Shown piece after piece: positions 1-12,690 of a DNA stretch of 56,945 nucleotides. Source of the DNA: Balamuthia mandrillaris (taxonomy: Eukaryota). The notes beneath the pieces were generated by a model that worked only from the letters and a program-made list of their open reading frames with translations, was not told the DNA's origin and searched no databases. The translations under genes and the position numbers were made by a program. The first letter of the stretch is position 1. Every line of letters starts with the position of its first letter. The stretch covers positions 124,001 through 180,945 of the forward strand of contig JAVKOQ020000093.1 of NCBI GenBank assembly GCA_031835245.2. Reading direction: 5' to 3'.

Positions 1-1314
1 AGGAGGAAGAAGCAGAGAAGAAAGAGAATCCAAAGTTGATGGAAGAGGAAGATTTTCTCTGGCAAAACTTGGCTCGTTTTGAGAAAGAAGCTGCTGCACG
101 AGCAAAAGACGAAGAAGGAGAAAAAGGAACAGAAGCCAAAGAGGCGGCAGGGAAGAACATTGTCACAGAGAATGTTCTTCCCGCCAGTGAAGCTGCAGTC
201 GTTAGAGACATGGAAGAGAACGAAACTGTAGTGGATCCGCAGCAGCAGCAACCACCACAGCAGCAGCAGTCATTGCAGCTCACCACCACCACAACAACGA
301 CAACAACGCAAGGGACGAAGAAGAAGAAGAAAAAGAAGAAGAAAGAGGTTGGCTTTGGGGATGAGTACTTTCGGGACACGTGGCCCAAGTACAGCAAGCA
401 CATTTTTATTATGAGCAGCGCTGGCAAGCCGGTTTACTCCAGGTTTCATTGCCTTCCTTTGTTCTCGCGCTTTGTTGTTGTGCTCTTTTTTTTTCATGCT
501 TCTCTTATTGTATCTTTCTTTCCCGTTTTCTTTTTTTTTTGTTTGTCGTTTCTTTCTTGTCGTATGTTTTGCGTTCTTTCTTCTTTCTTCTTCTCTATGC
601 TCTCTTCTCTCTTCTTTCGCGTTCTTCTTCTTCTCCTCCTCTCCTTCTTTTTCTTTTTTCTTTTATCGTTTGCATAGTTTCCTTCTTTGTGCTTTGTTTG
701 TTTTCTTTTGGTTATTTATTGTTTGCTCATTGAAGACTATCTAATGTGGTGGTGCTGTTAAAGGTATGGTGACGAGCAAAAGCTATGCTCGTTCATGCCT
801 GTTCTCTCTGCTATCTCTTCTTTTGTTGTGGATGCTGGCGATACCATCAAGTTAGATCTCTCTCTCTCTCTCTCTCTCTCCTCTCTTGCTCTTATTTCAA
901 CTTTTTTAATCTGTCGTACTAACAACAAACCTCACACCATTATTTACTATGTTGCTTCTTTAGGACCATTATTGCTGGCCAACACAAGATTGTGTTTCTA
1001 TTCAAGGGACCGCTCTACTTGGTCGCTGTCTCTAAAACGCCCGAGGTACAATTTAAAGCTCCCTTTCGTTCTCGTTCTCGTCTTCTTGTTTTGGTTTTCT
1101 TGTTCTGTTCTAATGCTCTTTTATCGATTTCTGCATGCTTGCTATGACCTTTTCAGCCTGCATGGGAGTTGGAACGTCAGTTGGAGTACATCCACTCGCA
1201 AATAATCAGTAGTTTGACCAGTGGAGTCAACAAGATATACAAAACCCGCCCTCACTTTGACATTCGTGATCTTCAAGGAAGTACGTTAAATTTGAGAGAG
1301 AGAGAGAGAGAGAG

Positions 1315-1353
<39 letters not shown>

Positions 1354-2537
1354 AAAAATTGGATTTCAAAGAGATAACACCGTGTTAAAAGGCTCAAACA
1401 AACTATTGGACAATATGATGAATTTGTTGGATAACGAACCTTCTTTTTTGGCCTCATTTCTGTTGGACTCCATTCGTTGCCTTCGCCTTCCCTATGCTGC
1501 CCGTTCTGCCATCGGCACTGTATTGCAATCCTTTCGCATGGAAGATTTAGTGTACTTTAAATCTCTCTCTCTCTCTCTCTCTGTCTTTGTTATTCTTATT
1601 GGGCGCCGTACTATAGATATGCAGTATTACTCGCCGATGGTCAACTTGTAAGCCTTGTGTGCCTTAAGAAACACGTACTTCATCCTCATGGTTGTAACTC
1701 TCTTCTCGTTTCTTCAACTTTTGGTCAAACAGCCATAAGCTCACTTTGTCTTTTTTTTAAAAATTCGAATAGACTTTCATCTTATTCTCAACTTTATCAA
1801 TTCTTCGCCTTCAATTTATGCCAACGGGGCGTCCACGGTGCCCATCTGCCTTCCCAAATTCAACGATCGGGGTTACCTCCACTCCTACGTATGTTACCTG
1901 GTAAAAGGCGTGCGCTTGCTTTTGATTGCCACCAAAGCAGGCAACCTTGAGCATGGTATCTTTATTCTCGCTTTTTCTCTTATTCTCTTGTTTGTAACGT
2001 TGTTTTTGCTTTTTGCAGGCAAAAACCAAATAGAGAAAGGTTTGGCTGCAGTGGGAGCACTGCGGAGCATTGCAGAGGCACAAGAGAAACGCTATTATAA
2101 CGTGGATGATGTTGGAGTATCCATCAAGTCGCTGTTGCTGCACTTCCTTTACAAGGACAAACGGCTGAGTCAGTTCACATCACCCGCGTTGGAACCACCT
2201 TACAACGTTCCATCGGTTAGTTGTTTGTCTGCTTCTCTGCTCTTTTTACTTACTGAAATGATGTGCATAGGAGAGGCAGCGGCTGTATCGATTGTATGAA
2301 CGAGTACATCACACGGTGAACATGACAGGGAGCGGCAAGGAAGGACCTCACAAGATTTACTATCACATAAGCGCCAGGGAGAGCGTGCTGGCGTGGGTCA
2401 CCCAAGGCTTCGAGCTTTACGCCACCTTTGGGCCGTTGGTGCCAAAGGCCGCTTCCATAAAAGCTTGCAACGAGTTGCTTCGCTGGCTACGCGGCGAAGA
2501 GGAAAACTTATTTATGTTGGACTCTCTAACCTGGTAA
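1..2537 (+). CDS. MON1: Vacuolar fusion protein Mon1 (Mon1-Ccz1 Rab7 GEF subunit); multi-exon, 5' end probably outside the window
   Basis: Exon peptides KHIFIMSSAGKPVYSR|YGDE, LEYIHSQIISSLT, FDIRDL, PICLPKFNDRGYLHSYV, LLHFLYK...SQFTSP and AWVTQGFELYATFGPLV are Mon1 longin-domain motifs. The frame is open from position 3. Stop at 2535-2537. Confidence 0.93.
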
Positions 2538-2708
2538 AAACTAACACACAAACAAGACGAAAGAAAACCAGAGAAGATGAAGAATGGTTGGAGGTTATTT
2601 TTTTCAAAAGAGAAAGTTACAAAAAAAGTACAGAGTGTACACACAAAAAGAAAGTGACTTGAGCGTTCAACCAACCACCTTGCATCACACAAGGTTTGCT
2701 TTTGTTTT

Positions 2709-5700
2709 TCAGTCACTTGCATAGTCACTGTCGTCAGAACTGCTGAGGAAGCCCTTTTCTTCGACTTGCTCAGCGGAGTGGGATACCTGAGGCAAAACCT
2801 GAACCGCACCCGCGCCGGCCTTTTGCATTGGCGGCAAGCTCCTCTTCCCTTCGGCAAATTGCCTTTGCTGCTCCTCATCCAACGAAGCAGCTCTGTCCAA
2901 CTCGGGGTTGAATGCTGAAGAGGCTGTTATTTATAGGAGGAGAGAGATGAGTTTGAGCCGAACGTCAATGCAGACATGAATAGGTACCTGAGAATTCATC
3001 ATGGGAGTGTGCTCGCCTAGGCTTTTCTCCCGAGGGAGGAACCTGCAAAGCCGATCCATTAGAACCAGAGGGGCGGCGTTGAGACCCGTCGCCATGCGTG
3101 CCCGAGTCCTGAGGTGGTGCATGAGGTCCCGCTGCGTGTGGTGCGTATCCTTGTTGTTGTGGAGGATACATGGCAGCTTGAGGAGGATAGGCCATAGGAT
3201 AGCCACCTGCTTGAGGTGGATAGTAGGGATGTTGTTGCGGGTGGTAGCCTGGAGGCATATATCCTTGTGGAGGATAGCCTTGTTGAGGGAGAAAACCCTG
3301 CGGTGGCACGCCATATGGGCCGTTAGAGGCTGCGAGCGGATAGGGTTGTTGTGGTTGTTGTGGCTGCTGCTGTGCTAATGGAGGTTGGTGGAATCCTTGC
3401 GGAGGAGACAAAGGGGTGGTAGCGTCTTGGCTAGATTCGCCGTTGACATCCTCCGCTCCTTGGTCGTGCGCATAATATTGTTGAGGAATGGCGGCGTTGG
3501 TCTGTGGGTTGACGCTAAAGTCTACATCGCGCAAAAGGATGGGCTCACCAAAGCTTGGCAGAGAAACAATGTCCCCTGGGTAACGCACGGATTGTTTCTT
3601 TACCTCAAGGCCTCCACGTCTTAGATTTTGTGAACAGAAAACAAACAGCAACCAATAAAACGTCAGATATGTTTGATACAAGGTGATGTAATAGGGGAGT
3701 GATAGGCAGGACTTACTTGAGAAGCGTTGTTGTGAACTTGGCATCCAACAAATCTATGAACTCGGCTTTCTGAGAAGAGGACTTTCCAAAGTGTCCGTAA
3801 CACTCCAACAAAGTCAACATTGCTGGATCCACTCGCTTTTGTTGAAACTCGCGCAGCATTTGCTTGTTCAAAAACTCTCTCTGGCCGTGTACTTCCCACA
3901 TGTAATCCATCATGGCCTGATTTTGAGGGATAGCGTTCTTGAGTGGCACCCACCATATCTTCGTACCATGGAACTGATGAACTCGTTCAAAGAAACGGAA
4001 AAGACAAACGCCTAACATTTGGAAAGAATATGTGTCAACCAGAGAACGAAGAGAGAGCAAAACCAAAAAAAAAAATACAAACCAGAAATAGGTTTTTCGA
4101 CAAAAGCGTCCAAAAACTTATCTGTGTTCCTGCTAATTTCCAAAATATAGAGATCCTCTCTCTTCGTCCATTTGTTGGGTAGACGAAACACCACCCCTAC
4201 GTGAGAGTAGTTCGAGTTGGAAGAAAGTTTGTTGATGGAATGCAGAAAACCGATGCCGGAGTAGGCGATGAGGTCTCCGGTCTTGAACCTATCAATGTAA
4301 TCATCGTAAAAGAAAATCTGTTGGCCTTTTTCGTGCACAGGTCTTGTTTCCTATATGGGTAATGTTTTTCGTTCCAACGGTTAAAACGGGAGACAAGGAA
4401 AAAACAACAAAAGAAACCAAGAAAAAGAAAAGAAAACAGAAAAGAGAAAGCTCAGTTGACAACTGTTCACAGCACTAAAAGTTTTGAATGGGGTTGTACG
4501 GCCCCTCTCAGACCGCCCGACGTTGTGCAACTCATCATAGCAAACAAAAACATATACTTTTCGCCCTCCTATAAGAAAGGAGTGCACCACTATCATCATC
4601 ATCCTCCGTATAAGAGAAACGATTTGGCGGTTTTGAGTGCGATTCCTTTCCCTCTTCCTGTTCATTGTGGGTTTAAACTATGCACAACCACTGCACAACC
4701 ACTGCACAACTTGACGAGGAAACCACAATGGCGGAGAAGAAAAGAGAGACACGCAGAGAAGAGAGAGAACAAAGAGAGAACAAAGAAGAGAGAAGAGAGA
4801 AGAGAGAAGGGAGGTACCGGAGAGGTGGAGTAAACGTAGCGAACGTGGATCTTGCCAGCAGCTTTCTCCTTTTTGCCGCGGGATTCCAGGTCCAGCCAGA
4901 GGTCGACCACCTCCTCCTCCTCTGGGCCGTCGCCGCGCCACTGGCTGCTGCGAAAGATGGTGGCATGGCCAAAGGGCACATCGGAGCCCAGTTTCTTCGT
5001 CTTGTAGAGCTCAATCGTGAGGTCGAATGACGTCTCCACCGCACTTTGGTTTTTGTTATTTATTTGTGGTCTTGGTAAGCCAGGAGAAAGCCAAAGAACA
5101 ACAACAGGAACAAGAAATAGAAGAAAGAAACAAAAATAAAAGAAGCAAAGAAGAAGGACAGAACCCCAAAAAAAAGGAGAACAAAAGAGGAGGAGGAGGA
5201 GGAGGAGGAGGAGGAGGAGGAGGAGGAGAAAGAAAAGAAGGTAACAAAAAGGAATTAAAAAAAAGAGGTGCATACAAGAGAAAGTACTCGTTCCAAACGG
5301 GCTGCTGGGTTTTCTTCTGGACAGAGGTCGTCTGCTTCTGTTTGCCCCATTTCAAGCTGCAATAAAGAGAAGGTGCTCCTATTCATGTTGTTATTGCTTT
5401 TGTTATTATTTTTGTTGGATGAAAAAAAAAAGTTGCCGTTCACTGTACGGCACAAAGGAAAAAAAAAGAACTGCTTTACCTCCTTGCGAGACTTCAGAGC
5501 TGCAACCCACCACTAAGACGGTTCTTGTTAGCAAAGAAGAAGAAGAAGAAGAAGAAGAAGAAGAAGAAGAAGAAGAAGAAGAAGAAGAAGAAGAAGAAGA
5601 AGAAGAAGAAGAGGACATAAGAAAGAAGAACACAAAACAAAAAAAAAAACCAAACCCATCACAGCCAATTTTTGCTTGGTCCCATCCCAAATGTGCTGCA

Positions 5701-5749
5701 GGTCCCTGTAGGTTACCTTTCGGTCGCTTGGCATAGGCTTGTACGACAT
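2709..5749 (-). CDS. C2-domain protein fused to a permuted NlpC/P60 (YaeF/YiiX-like) domain, with a Pro/Gln/Tyr-rich tail; multi-exon
   Basis: C2-like segments: LKWGKQKQTTSVQKKTQQPVWNEYF, LTIELYK...FGHATI, DLWLDL...AGKIHVRY. Permuted papain-like segment: FKTGDLIAYSG...SNYSHVGVVF...LYILE. Tail of PPQGY-type repeats. Confidence 0.75.
5535..5612. repeat. (GAA)n microsatellite, intronic in the C2 gene
   Basis: Perfect GAA tandem run. Confidence 0.95.
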
Positions 5750-5986
5750 GGTTCGTTTTTATGTGTGTGGGCGTTGTTGTTGCAGCTCCTTCTTCTGTTT
5801 CTGTGTGTCTACGAAGAAGAATGAACTTTCTTTTTTTTGTTTTTGGGTTACATATGTATTGCACAATTTGGCCTCAAGCCTTGCTCGTCAACCGGAGATC
5901 TTTTCGGGTTTTCTATGAAAATTCGAAATTAGCCTATTTATATATTACCCTATTAACCTGTCCAATCCCTTTTGCCCATGAATTCT

Positions 5987-6022
5987 TTCATGACGTCCTG
6001 GTAATATTCATGACGTCATGAA
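5987..6022. promoter_or_regulatory. Tandem CRE/ATF-like sites in the divergent C2/GST promoter
   Basis: TTCATGACGTCCTG at 5987-6000, followed by the perfect 16-bp palindrome TTCATGACGTCATGAA at 6007-6022, which contains TGACGTCA. Confidence 0.55.
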
Positions 6023-6124
6023 GTAATGAACAAAAAAGCAAAAAAAATAGGTCAGACAAAAGGGATTGGGGAGGACCGGTGCGTTCTCGCTTGTGGGGGG
6101 AAACGCGAAAGAAAAAGAGAGAAA

Positions 6125-6790
6125 ATGGATGCCTCCTCCTCTTCTTCCTCTTCTTCTTCTTCTTTGGTATTGTATGACCTTGCTGGAGAGGGAAACCTGC
6201 TCTTCAGTCCCAACTGTTGGCGCACCAGAGCGGCCTTGCTGTTGAAAGGTTTGGAGTTCAGGTTTGACTCTTCCTTCCATCCCTCTTTTTTTTTGTGTTG
6301 CCAGTGTTTGAAATCTTTTGCTGTCCAACCTTTTTTTTTTTTGCCTGGTCTGCTGACCAATGGATGTGATCAACAGCACCGAGAGCATAAAGTTCACCGA
6401 GATCAAAAGCAAAGTGTACGCAGCTCTGGGCGCCAAGGTCAATCCCAAGTGTGGCCAGGAAACCTTGCCTGTTCTCAAACATGGTGACAAGGTTAGAGAC
6501 AGAACATTGCCCTCACTTTGATAATGGTCACTGACCTTTTTTTTATAAAAATTCAATGTTGGCATGCATGGTAGGTTATTGTTGAAAGCTTTGATATCGG
6601 TACACACTCGCCTCCTGTTATTCCTCCTCCTCCTTCTCCTTCTCCTTCCTTGTAGCTTTACCTTCTATCTTCCCCAGCTGAATACCTAGAAGCTACATTT
6701 CCGGATCGGCCTAGTCTCTTCCTGAGTCCTCAGCTCAAAGAAGCTTGCCGTTATTTCAACTGGCAATGCGGGTATGCCGTTCTCTTTCAT

Positions 6791-6867
<77 letters not shown>

Positions 6868-6891
6868 TCACCTCTACCACTCACTCTCACT

Positions 6892-6944
<53 letters not shown>

Positions 6945-7460
6945 TCACTCTCTCACTCTCGCACTCTCTCACTCCCTCCCTTTTTCTGTTTATCTTGTTA
7001 ACCATCAACACCAGCCAGCTTGCAGGTACCATCTTCATAACCTGTGCCAAGAACATCTATGATATCTTATGGGAGGACGATAAGGAGTACTTCAAGCGCA
7101 AGGTCAAAAGAGCAACAGGAGAGGATATGGAAGCCCTCCATGCCAAGAGAGACCAGTCAGCAAAGAGCGTCTGCCAGATGATAAACGGCTACAGCCGCTT
7201 TTTAGAAGAGGGTGGCAACAACTTTCTCTTTGGAGACAAGATGTGCTATGCTGACTGCGTGTTATTGGCGGTGCTCAAGTGGTTGGTCCTGGTCACCCCT
7301 GAGGGCGAGCATTGGCTTCACACCGAGGATGGTTTGCATCCTCGCTCGTCTGTTTGTTTGTCATTATGAAGAGCGACTTTTCGTATTTGCACTGACATCA
7401 AAAACAAAAGGCGCGTTAGAAAAGTGGTGGCAGCGAGTGCACGCCCAACTGCACCTGTAG
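6125..7460 (+). CDS. Glutathione S-transferase (GST_N_3 type, resembling GSTFuA/LigE); multi-exon
   Basis: LVLYDL...[37 protein letters not shown]-terminal [20 protein letters not shown] and LEKWWQRV. Confidence 0.85.
6793..6960. repeat. (CTCACT)n hexamer microsatellite in a GST intron
   Basis: Two runs of CTCACT. Confidence 0.95.
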
Positions 7461-7907
7461 CTTGCTAAAAGCATTCTTGGTTCTATGGATGGGTGTGATG
7501 TTCCTCGCCATCAACGTTATCTTCCCTCTCGAGCAGTTTGTGTCTTTGTGGAGATGTCTTTTGAAAGACCCCCCTCCCTCCTTTTCGTTTCACGGCGACC
7601 CAAAACAACCTCCCAGTCTTACTCGTTTTTTTAGAGACCATTTTTTTTCCGAACGAGAAGAAGAATATACAGAACAAGGTGAAGTGCTGTTTTTTTTTCA
7701 AACCAATAATAAAGAAAAGAAGAAAGAAAAAAGAATCCTTATTGACTACAACTGAACTTACAACCAAGGGTAATGATGAACATAACGACTTATACAAATA
7801 ACCGCTTATACCTTTGTTGTTGCTGCTGCTGTTACATGTTACAACTAATGAAGAGAGAAGGAAGAAGAGGAAAAACAAAAGAGCAGAAAAAAAGGAGAAA
7901 GGGTGCG

Positions 7908-8875
7908 CTATTGAGGAACGCAAGTGGGATGATCTTCAACCGTGTAAGGCTGCCCGGAATCGCCGCCATGTTGCTGCTGTAGATGGGAAGAAGAAGAGGA
8001 AAGCTGGTTCATACCGTTGTTGTTGTTGTTGTTGTTGTTGTTGTTGCTTGACATTTGTTGTGGTGGTTGTTGTTGCGGAGAAGAAGGATAAGAACCATTA
8101 CTGCCACCGCCACCGTTTGCATAGTTACTATGTTGTTGCTGTTGTTGCTGTTGTTGAGATGCTCCTCCTCCTTCTCCCCCTCTTGCTTCTCCAGCGCCAC
8201 CAAACGTGTTGGGAAACTTGACGGCGTTCAACAAAAAGTCTCTCATGGAGTTGAGCTGCTCCTTTATGACCTTGTTCTCCACCGTCAAAAGGTCGATGCG
8301 CGACGAGAGGGAGGCGTTCTGAGTGGACAAAGTCTTTGCCTCCTCTTCCAGCTGCACGATGTGCGCCCGCCGCCTCTTCCTAAACTCTCTGGCTGCTTTG
8401 CGGTTCTTCATCAGCCGCTTCTCCTTCTTGTCGGAGCCGTCCGCCTCCTCCTCCTCGCTTCCAATGTCGTCCTCATCAGAGTCCTCTGCGTTGGCCGCCT
8501 CCGTCTTTCTCCGTTTGCTTGCTGCCTGTTGTTTGCTTTGTGCTGCTGTACGTCCTCCACTTTCTCCACTTCCGGCCGCTGCTGTTCCTGCTTTACCACT
8601 TGGTTGTTGCTTGTTTTGATTATGCAGCTGCTCTTCCGTACTGTTTGTTTGGCTTTAGACGAAAAAAGATTGCGAGAGAGAGAGAGAGAGAGAGAGAGAA
8701 CGAGAGAACGAGAGAACGAGAGAAGAGAGAAGAGAGAGAGAAAGAAGAAGAGAGAGAGAAGGAAGAGACGAGAGAACGAGAGAACGAGAGAACGAGAGAA
8801 CGAGAGAAGAGAGAAGAGAGAGAGAGAGAGAAAGAGAACAGAGAGAGAGAGAGAAGAAAGAAGAGAACGAGAGAA

Positions 8876-8953
<78 letters not shown>

Positions 8954-9295
8954 AGAGAACGAGAGAACGAGAGAAGAGAGAAGAGAGAAGAGAGAGAGAG
9001 AAGAAAGAAGAGAACAAGACCTGCTTGCAAAACTTGGTTGTTGAGAAGGATAGTTGTGAGGGGAGGAAGAGGAATGGGAGTTGTTGTTGTTCGGAGAAGA
9101 GGAAGAAGACTTTGGGGGAGGCATGTAGTAGGAAGCCACCATGTCGGTGCCTTGCACGTATTTCTCCACACCGCCGTAGCCATTTCCTGGCGGGCGTCCT
9201 CGTTCGTTTGCTGTTCTTTGCGGTTGCTGCTGGTTGCGATCGCCCTGGCTGCCGCCGCCGCCATCACCCCCACCGCTCGAAGCTGGCCCCATCAT
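7908..9295 (-). CDS. CREB/ATF-like bZIP transcription factor; 2 exons
   Basis: Basic region KKEKRLMKNRKAAREFRKRRR followed by leucine heptads (LEEEAKTLSTQNASLSSRIDLL). Removing a GT-AG intron at about 8655-9020 joins the two frames. Confidence 0.9.
8674..9015. repeat. GA-rich compound microsatellite in the bZIP intron
   Basis: (GA)n, GAGAAC and GAGAA units. Confidence 0.95.
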
Positions 9296-9541
9296 TGTTT
9301 TCCCAACAGGATTAAAAAGAGAGAGAGACAGCGATCCCCCCCCCCCTTGTGTTACGCTACGCTTTCAACAAAAAAAACAACGAATGCCTTGCTCCCAAAC
9401 AAAATAAATAAGGGGTGCGCTAGGGTTCTTTCTTTTTTGCAAACCCTAGAAAGAAAGAGAGCAGTGGCAGTGGCAGGGGAAGGGGGAAAAGACAAAAAAA
9501 AGAAGCAGAAAACGAAATGACAAGAGCAAAGCAATGTTCTA

Positions 9542-9588
9542 CTTTGCTTTGGCCTTTGCTTTGGCCTTTGCTTTGGCCTTTGCTTGGC
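9542..9588. repeat. 12-bp tandem repeat (CTTTGCTTTGGC), about 4 copies, upstream of the bZIP gene
   Basis: Three perfect copies plus one with a 1-bp deletion. Confidence 0.9.
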
Positions 9589-10126
9589 GTGCTACGTTGT
9601 TGTTGTTGTCGTTAGGGGCAACCCACCCACCTTCTCTTGCCACTTTGTGCAAAGCGCTGCGTCATCATTCGCCGAACTTTTTCCATTTTTGGTGAAGTAT
9701 CATGGATTGATCATGTGTTGATCGGATGCCAATGGGAAATCGAACCAGAGCGATCGGTGAAACTTGAAATTCGATGATCTAACCCTAACCTAGGGTTTAG
9801 GTATGGGAACCCTCATCAAGAATGGACCAATGGGAGAGCAGTTTCTTATCTGGCCATACTTAATTTGGTAAACGGGAGTGGACGGTTCGAAAAAGAAGAT
9901 AGACGATACAAAGGAGAGTTCACGTTTTACGCTTAAGCGGGGGATATAGAGAAGTATAAGGCATGTCAATAGCGGAGGCTGCGGTATGACAGCGAAGTTG
10001 ACCGTCACCGCTCAACATCTGTCTACAGCTCAAAGCTCAGAAAGAAGAGGTGCTACGCGGTCAATCACTCGGCCCGAAGAAAGAAGGCGAAAAGTGGAAC
10101 TCATAGGTGGCTCATCTGCTCACCCC

Positions 10127-12558
10127 ATGCGTAGAGAAATAATATTTTTATCTCTTATTGGGGTGGGAATCGCCTGTTGTTTACCTTTGTTTGGCGGTGA
10201 GCTGAAAGCGCTTCGGTGGTCGCTGCCTGGACAAACGGACAAAGGTGAAGAAAAGCACCTAGATAAGTTTTCAACAACCCTTCCGGTTGTGCCTGTTGAA
10301 CGGCCAGTTAACAAAAGCGAGTACCGGTTTTGGAAGACGTCCTTTCAGCCTTCCAATCAGACTAAGCACTTGTTAAGGCTTGGTAAGCGCTCTTCAACTT
10401 TTGATTTTTTCTTAACGCCATACATTAATGCATTAATTGGTGTGACAGAGGAACAAAGCGGTAAACGGGTGGAAAACCACTTCATTGGGCGGGTACAAGG
10501 CAAAAGCCAAGAATGGGATTCAAACACAGTGGTTGTACCGATGGACGCCTTCCTTTGGGCACGCAAGGTCGCAAGAAGCGCCAAAGTATCTCTCCGCGAT
10601 TCCCTGGTGATTGTTGGCTCTTTGTGGGATGGTTTCTTAGACTATGCAAAGGAGGTAAGGGAGCTTCGCCAAATGGAAGAAGAAGCAGGGACAGTGTTCA
10701 TCGTGTGGCACTCCCATCCTGCTTCTAAGGGACAATGTAACCACTCTTTTCGAAAGATTGCCCTTCCTGCGCTTGGTGTGTACCTTCTGGACTCAAACTG
10801 TTTTCCTCGTACGTTGCTTGTTTCTTTTCATAGCTTTAGTCATTTTTTTTTTTCGCTCACGCTTGTTCTCTTTGCGTTGTTCGAACAGCTGTTCAGCTGT
10901 TGGCGTTGATAGAGATTGCTGATACCTACATTGCGGTGGAAGGGGAAGGGGCCAAAAGCTCAGCTGGTGTGGAGACGGCAACCCTTGTCCTGCTCCCACG
11001 GGAGGTTTCTTCAAGCTCTACTCACACTAATGCGGCTACCAGCGAACTTCTTGTGGATGACGAGGAGGACGACGGCGAAGGAAGTCAGTCAAGGAGAAAA
11101 GAGAACAGTGAAATTAGAGAGGCAGAGAGTGAAAGGAAGAGTAACGAGGAAGAAGCAAAGAAAAGGAGAAACAAAGCAGGGTTGTGGATACAATGGATGG
11201 AGAGGTACGCTACTACCGCCTTAGCCCGAATTACTTTGGAAGTAATGAAGGAGGAGCGGGTGGACATCATCTTCGAGAGCTACCTAAACCCGTTGATGGG
11301 CTACGGCAGTTCGGCTGAGGACATGGCCCTCTCATTGGCACAGGCAGGCCTGACCGTTCGTTACGCTGAACTTGACCTGCATAAGCTGTACCAGTGGGAA
11401 AAAGTAATCAAGCCAGAGGTATGCCAGCCACCCAGCCCAAACGCTTTACTACATCCGAACTGCTAACCAAAACAATAACAATGAAACGCACAGACAAAGG
11501 AACTGTTGGCAAGAACCGGCCTCAGCGACTGTTATTTGGGCTACTTTGTACCACATGACTGGCCGGGCAACGTCGTGCCAAGACTAGCCCGCAAGGCCAA
11601 ATACTCCATTATTTATACTACCTTTGAAACCACCAAGGTCCCCTCCGACTGGGTCGAGGTAATCCGCTCTCTGTCTCTATCCCCTTGCCTCTCCGCTGCT
11701 CTTATATTCTTGTGGTACACAGATAATAAACAGATATGACGAGCTGGTGGTATCCTGTGAGACCATACGAAAGGCATTCGTCGAGACCGGAGTGACCATC
11801 CCGACCAGCGTGGTGCCTTTGGGCGTCAATACGGAAGACTGGCCGGCTCTCACCCGAACAGAGTTCTTCCCATTCCGCTTCCTCCTCTTTGCAGATGGGG
11901 CGTGGAACAACCATCGCAAGAACTATCAGCTGGTCTACGATGCCTTCCTCCAGGAGTACGCCAACGACTCCTCCGTGGAGCTCCATCTCAAGCTGACCAC
12001 CAAAACCAGCGAGCTGGAGGCCATCCAACGCACCGCACCGAGCAACGTCTATTTCTACGAGGAGCGGCTCGCCCAGAGGAAGCTCCTCACCCTCATGAAG
12101 AAGACGCATTGCCTGGTGTTCCCTTCGAGGGGTGAGGGCTTTGGACTTCCTCCAAGAGAGGCTATGGCCACCGGCATGCCCGTCATTCTTGCTGGTTTTG
12201 CAGGTCTGGAGAGCATCGCTCAAGAAGAGTTTGCGTTTCCTCTTGAATGGTTAGTTGTTCTTTCCATCCGCTCCTGCTGTCGCTGTCTTTTGCGTTAACA
12301 ATAACCCAAAGGGAGTGGACCAGAGCTGTTGGCTATGACGGGTGGAGAGTGTTCAACAAGGAATCAGATGACTTTGGATGGTGGGCTGAGATAGACATGA
12401 CCTCCTTGCGGCAGCGCATGCGGCAAGCCTCCAGCAACCCCAGAGCCACCCTTCGCAAGGGCAGAGCTGCCGCCAAGTACATCAGGGAGCACGAAGTTTA
12501 TGAGCACACTGCACGCCTCCTCATTCAGCTCTATCATGGCTGGTTGCCTTCTCCTTGA
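10127..12558 (+). CDS. GT-B fold glycosyltransferase (GT4-like) with N-terminal signal anchor; multi-exon
   Basis: Hydrophobic N-terminus IIFLSLIGVGIACCLPLF; MGYGSSAEDMALSL; YTTFETTKVPSDWVE; GT4 signature LVFPSRGEGFGLPPREAMATGMPVI. Confidence 0.85.
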
Positions 12559-12629
12559 AACCAAGCAAAAAGTACTATAAAGATAAAAAGATCTTTTCTG
12601 TAACATTCCTTTTCTTTATCATTAGTTGT

Positions 12630-12665
<36 letters not shown>

Positions 12666-12690
12666 CGAAAAGATAAAGGGGTCCCTTCTT

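Noticed and set aside
443..762. Hydrophobic transmembrane-like ORF extensions in MON1
   Set aside because: These come from a T-rich GT-AG intron. The Mon1 motif VYSR|YGDE is restored by splicing.
3625..3660. In-frame FCSQ that looks like the missing NlpC/P60 catalytic Cys motif
   Set aside because: It lies in the intron's pyrimidine tract upstream of the only usable AG, and intron retention hits a TAA at 3713-3715.
8055..9520. Long plus-strand ORFs rich in ER/RE repeats
   Set aside because: Translations of an intronic GA microsatellite antisense to the bZIP gene.
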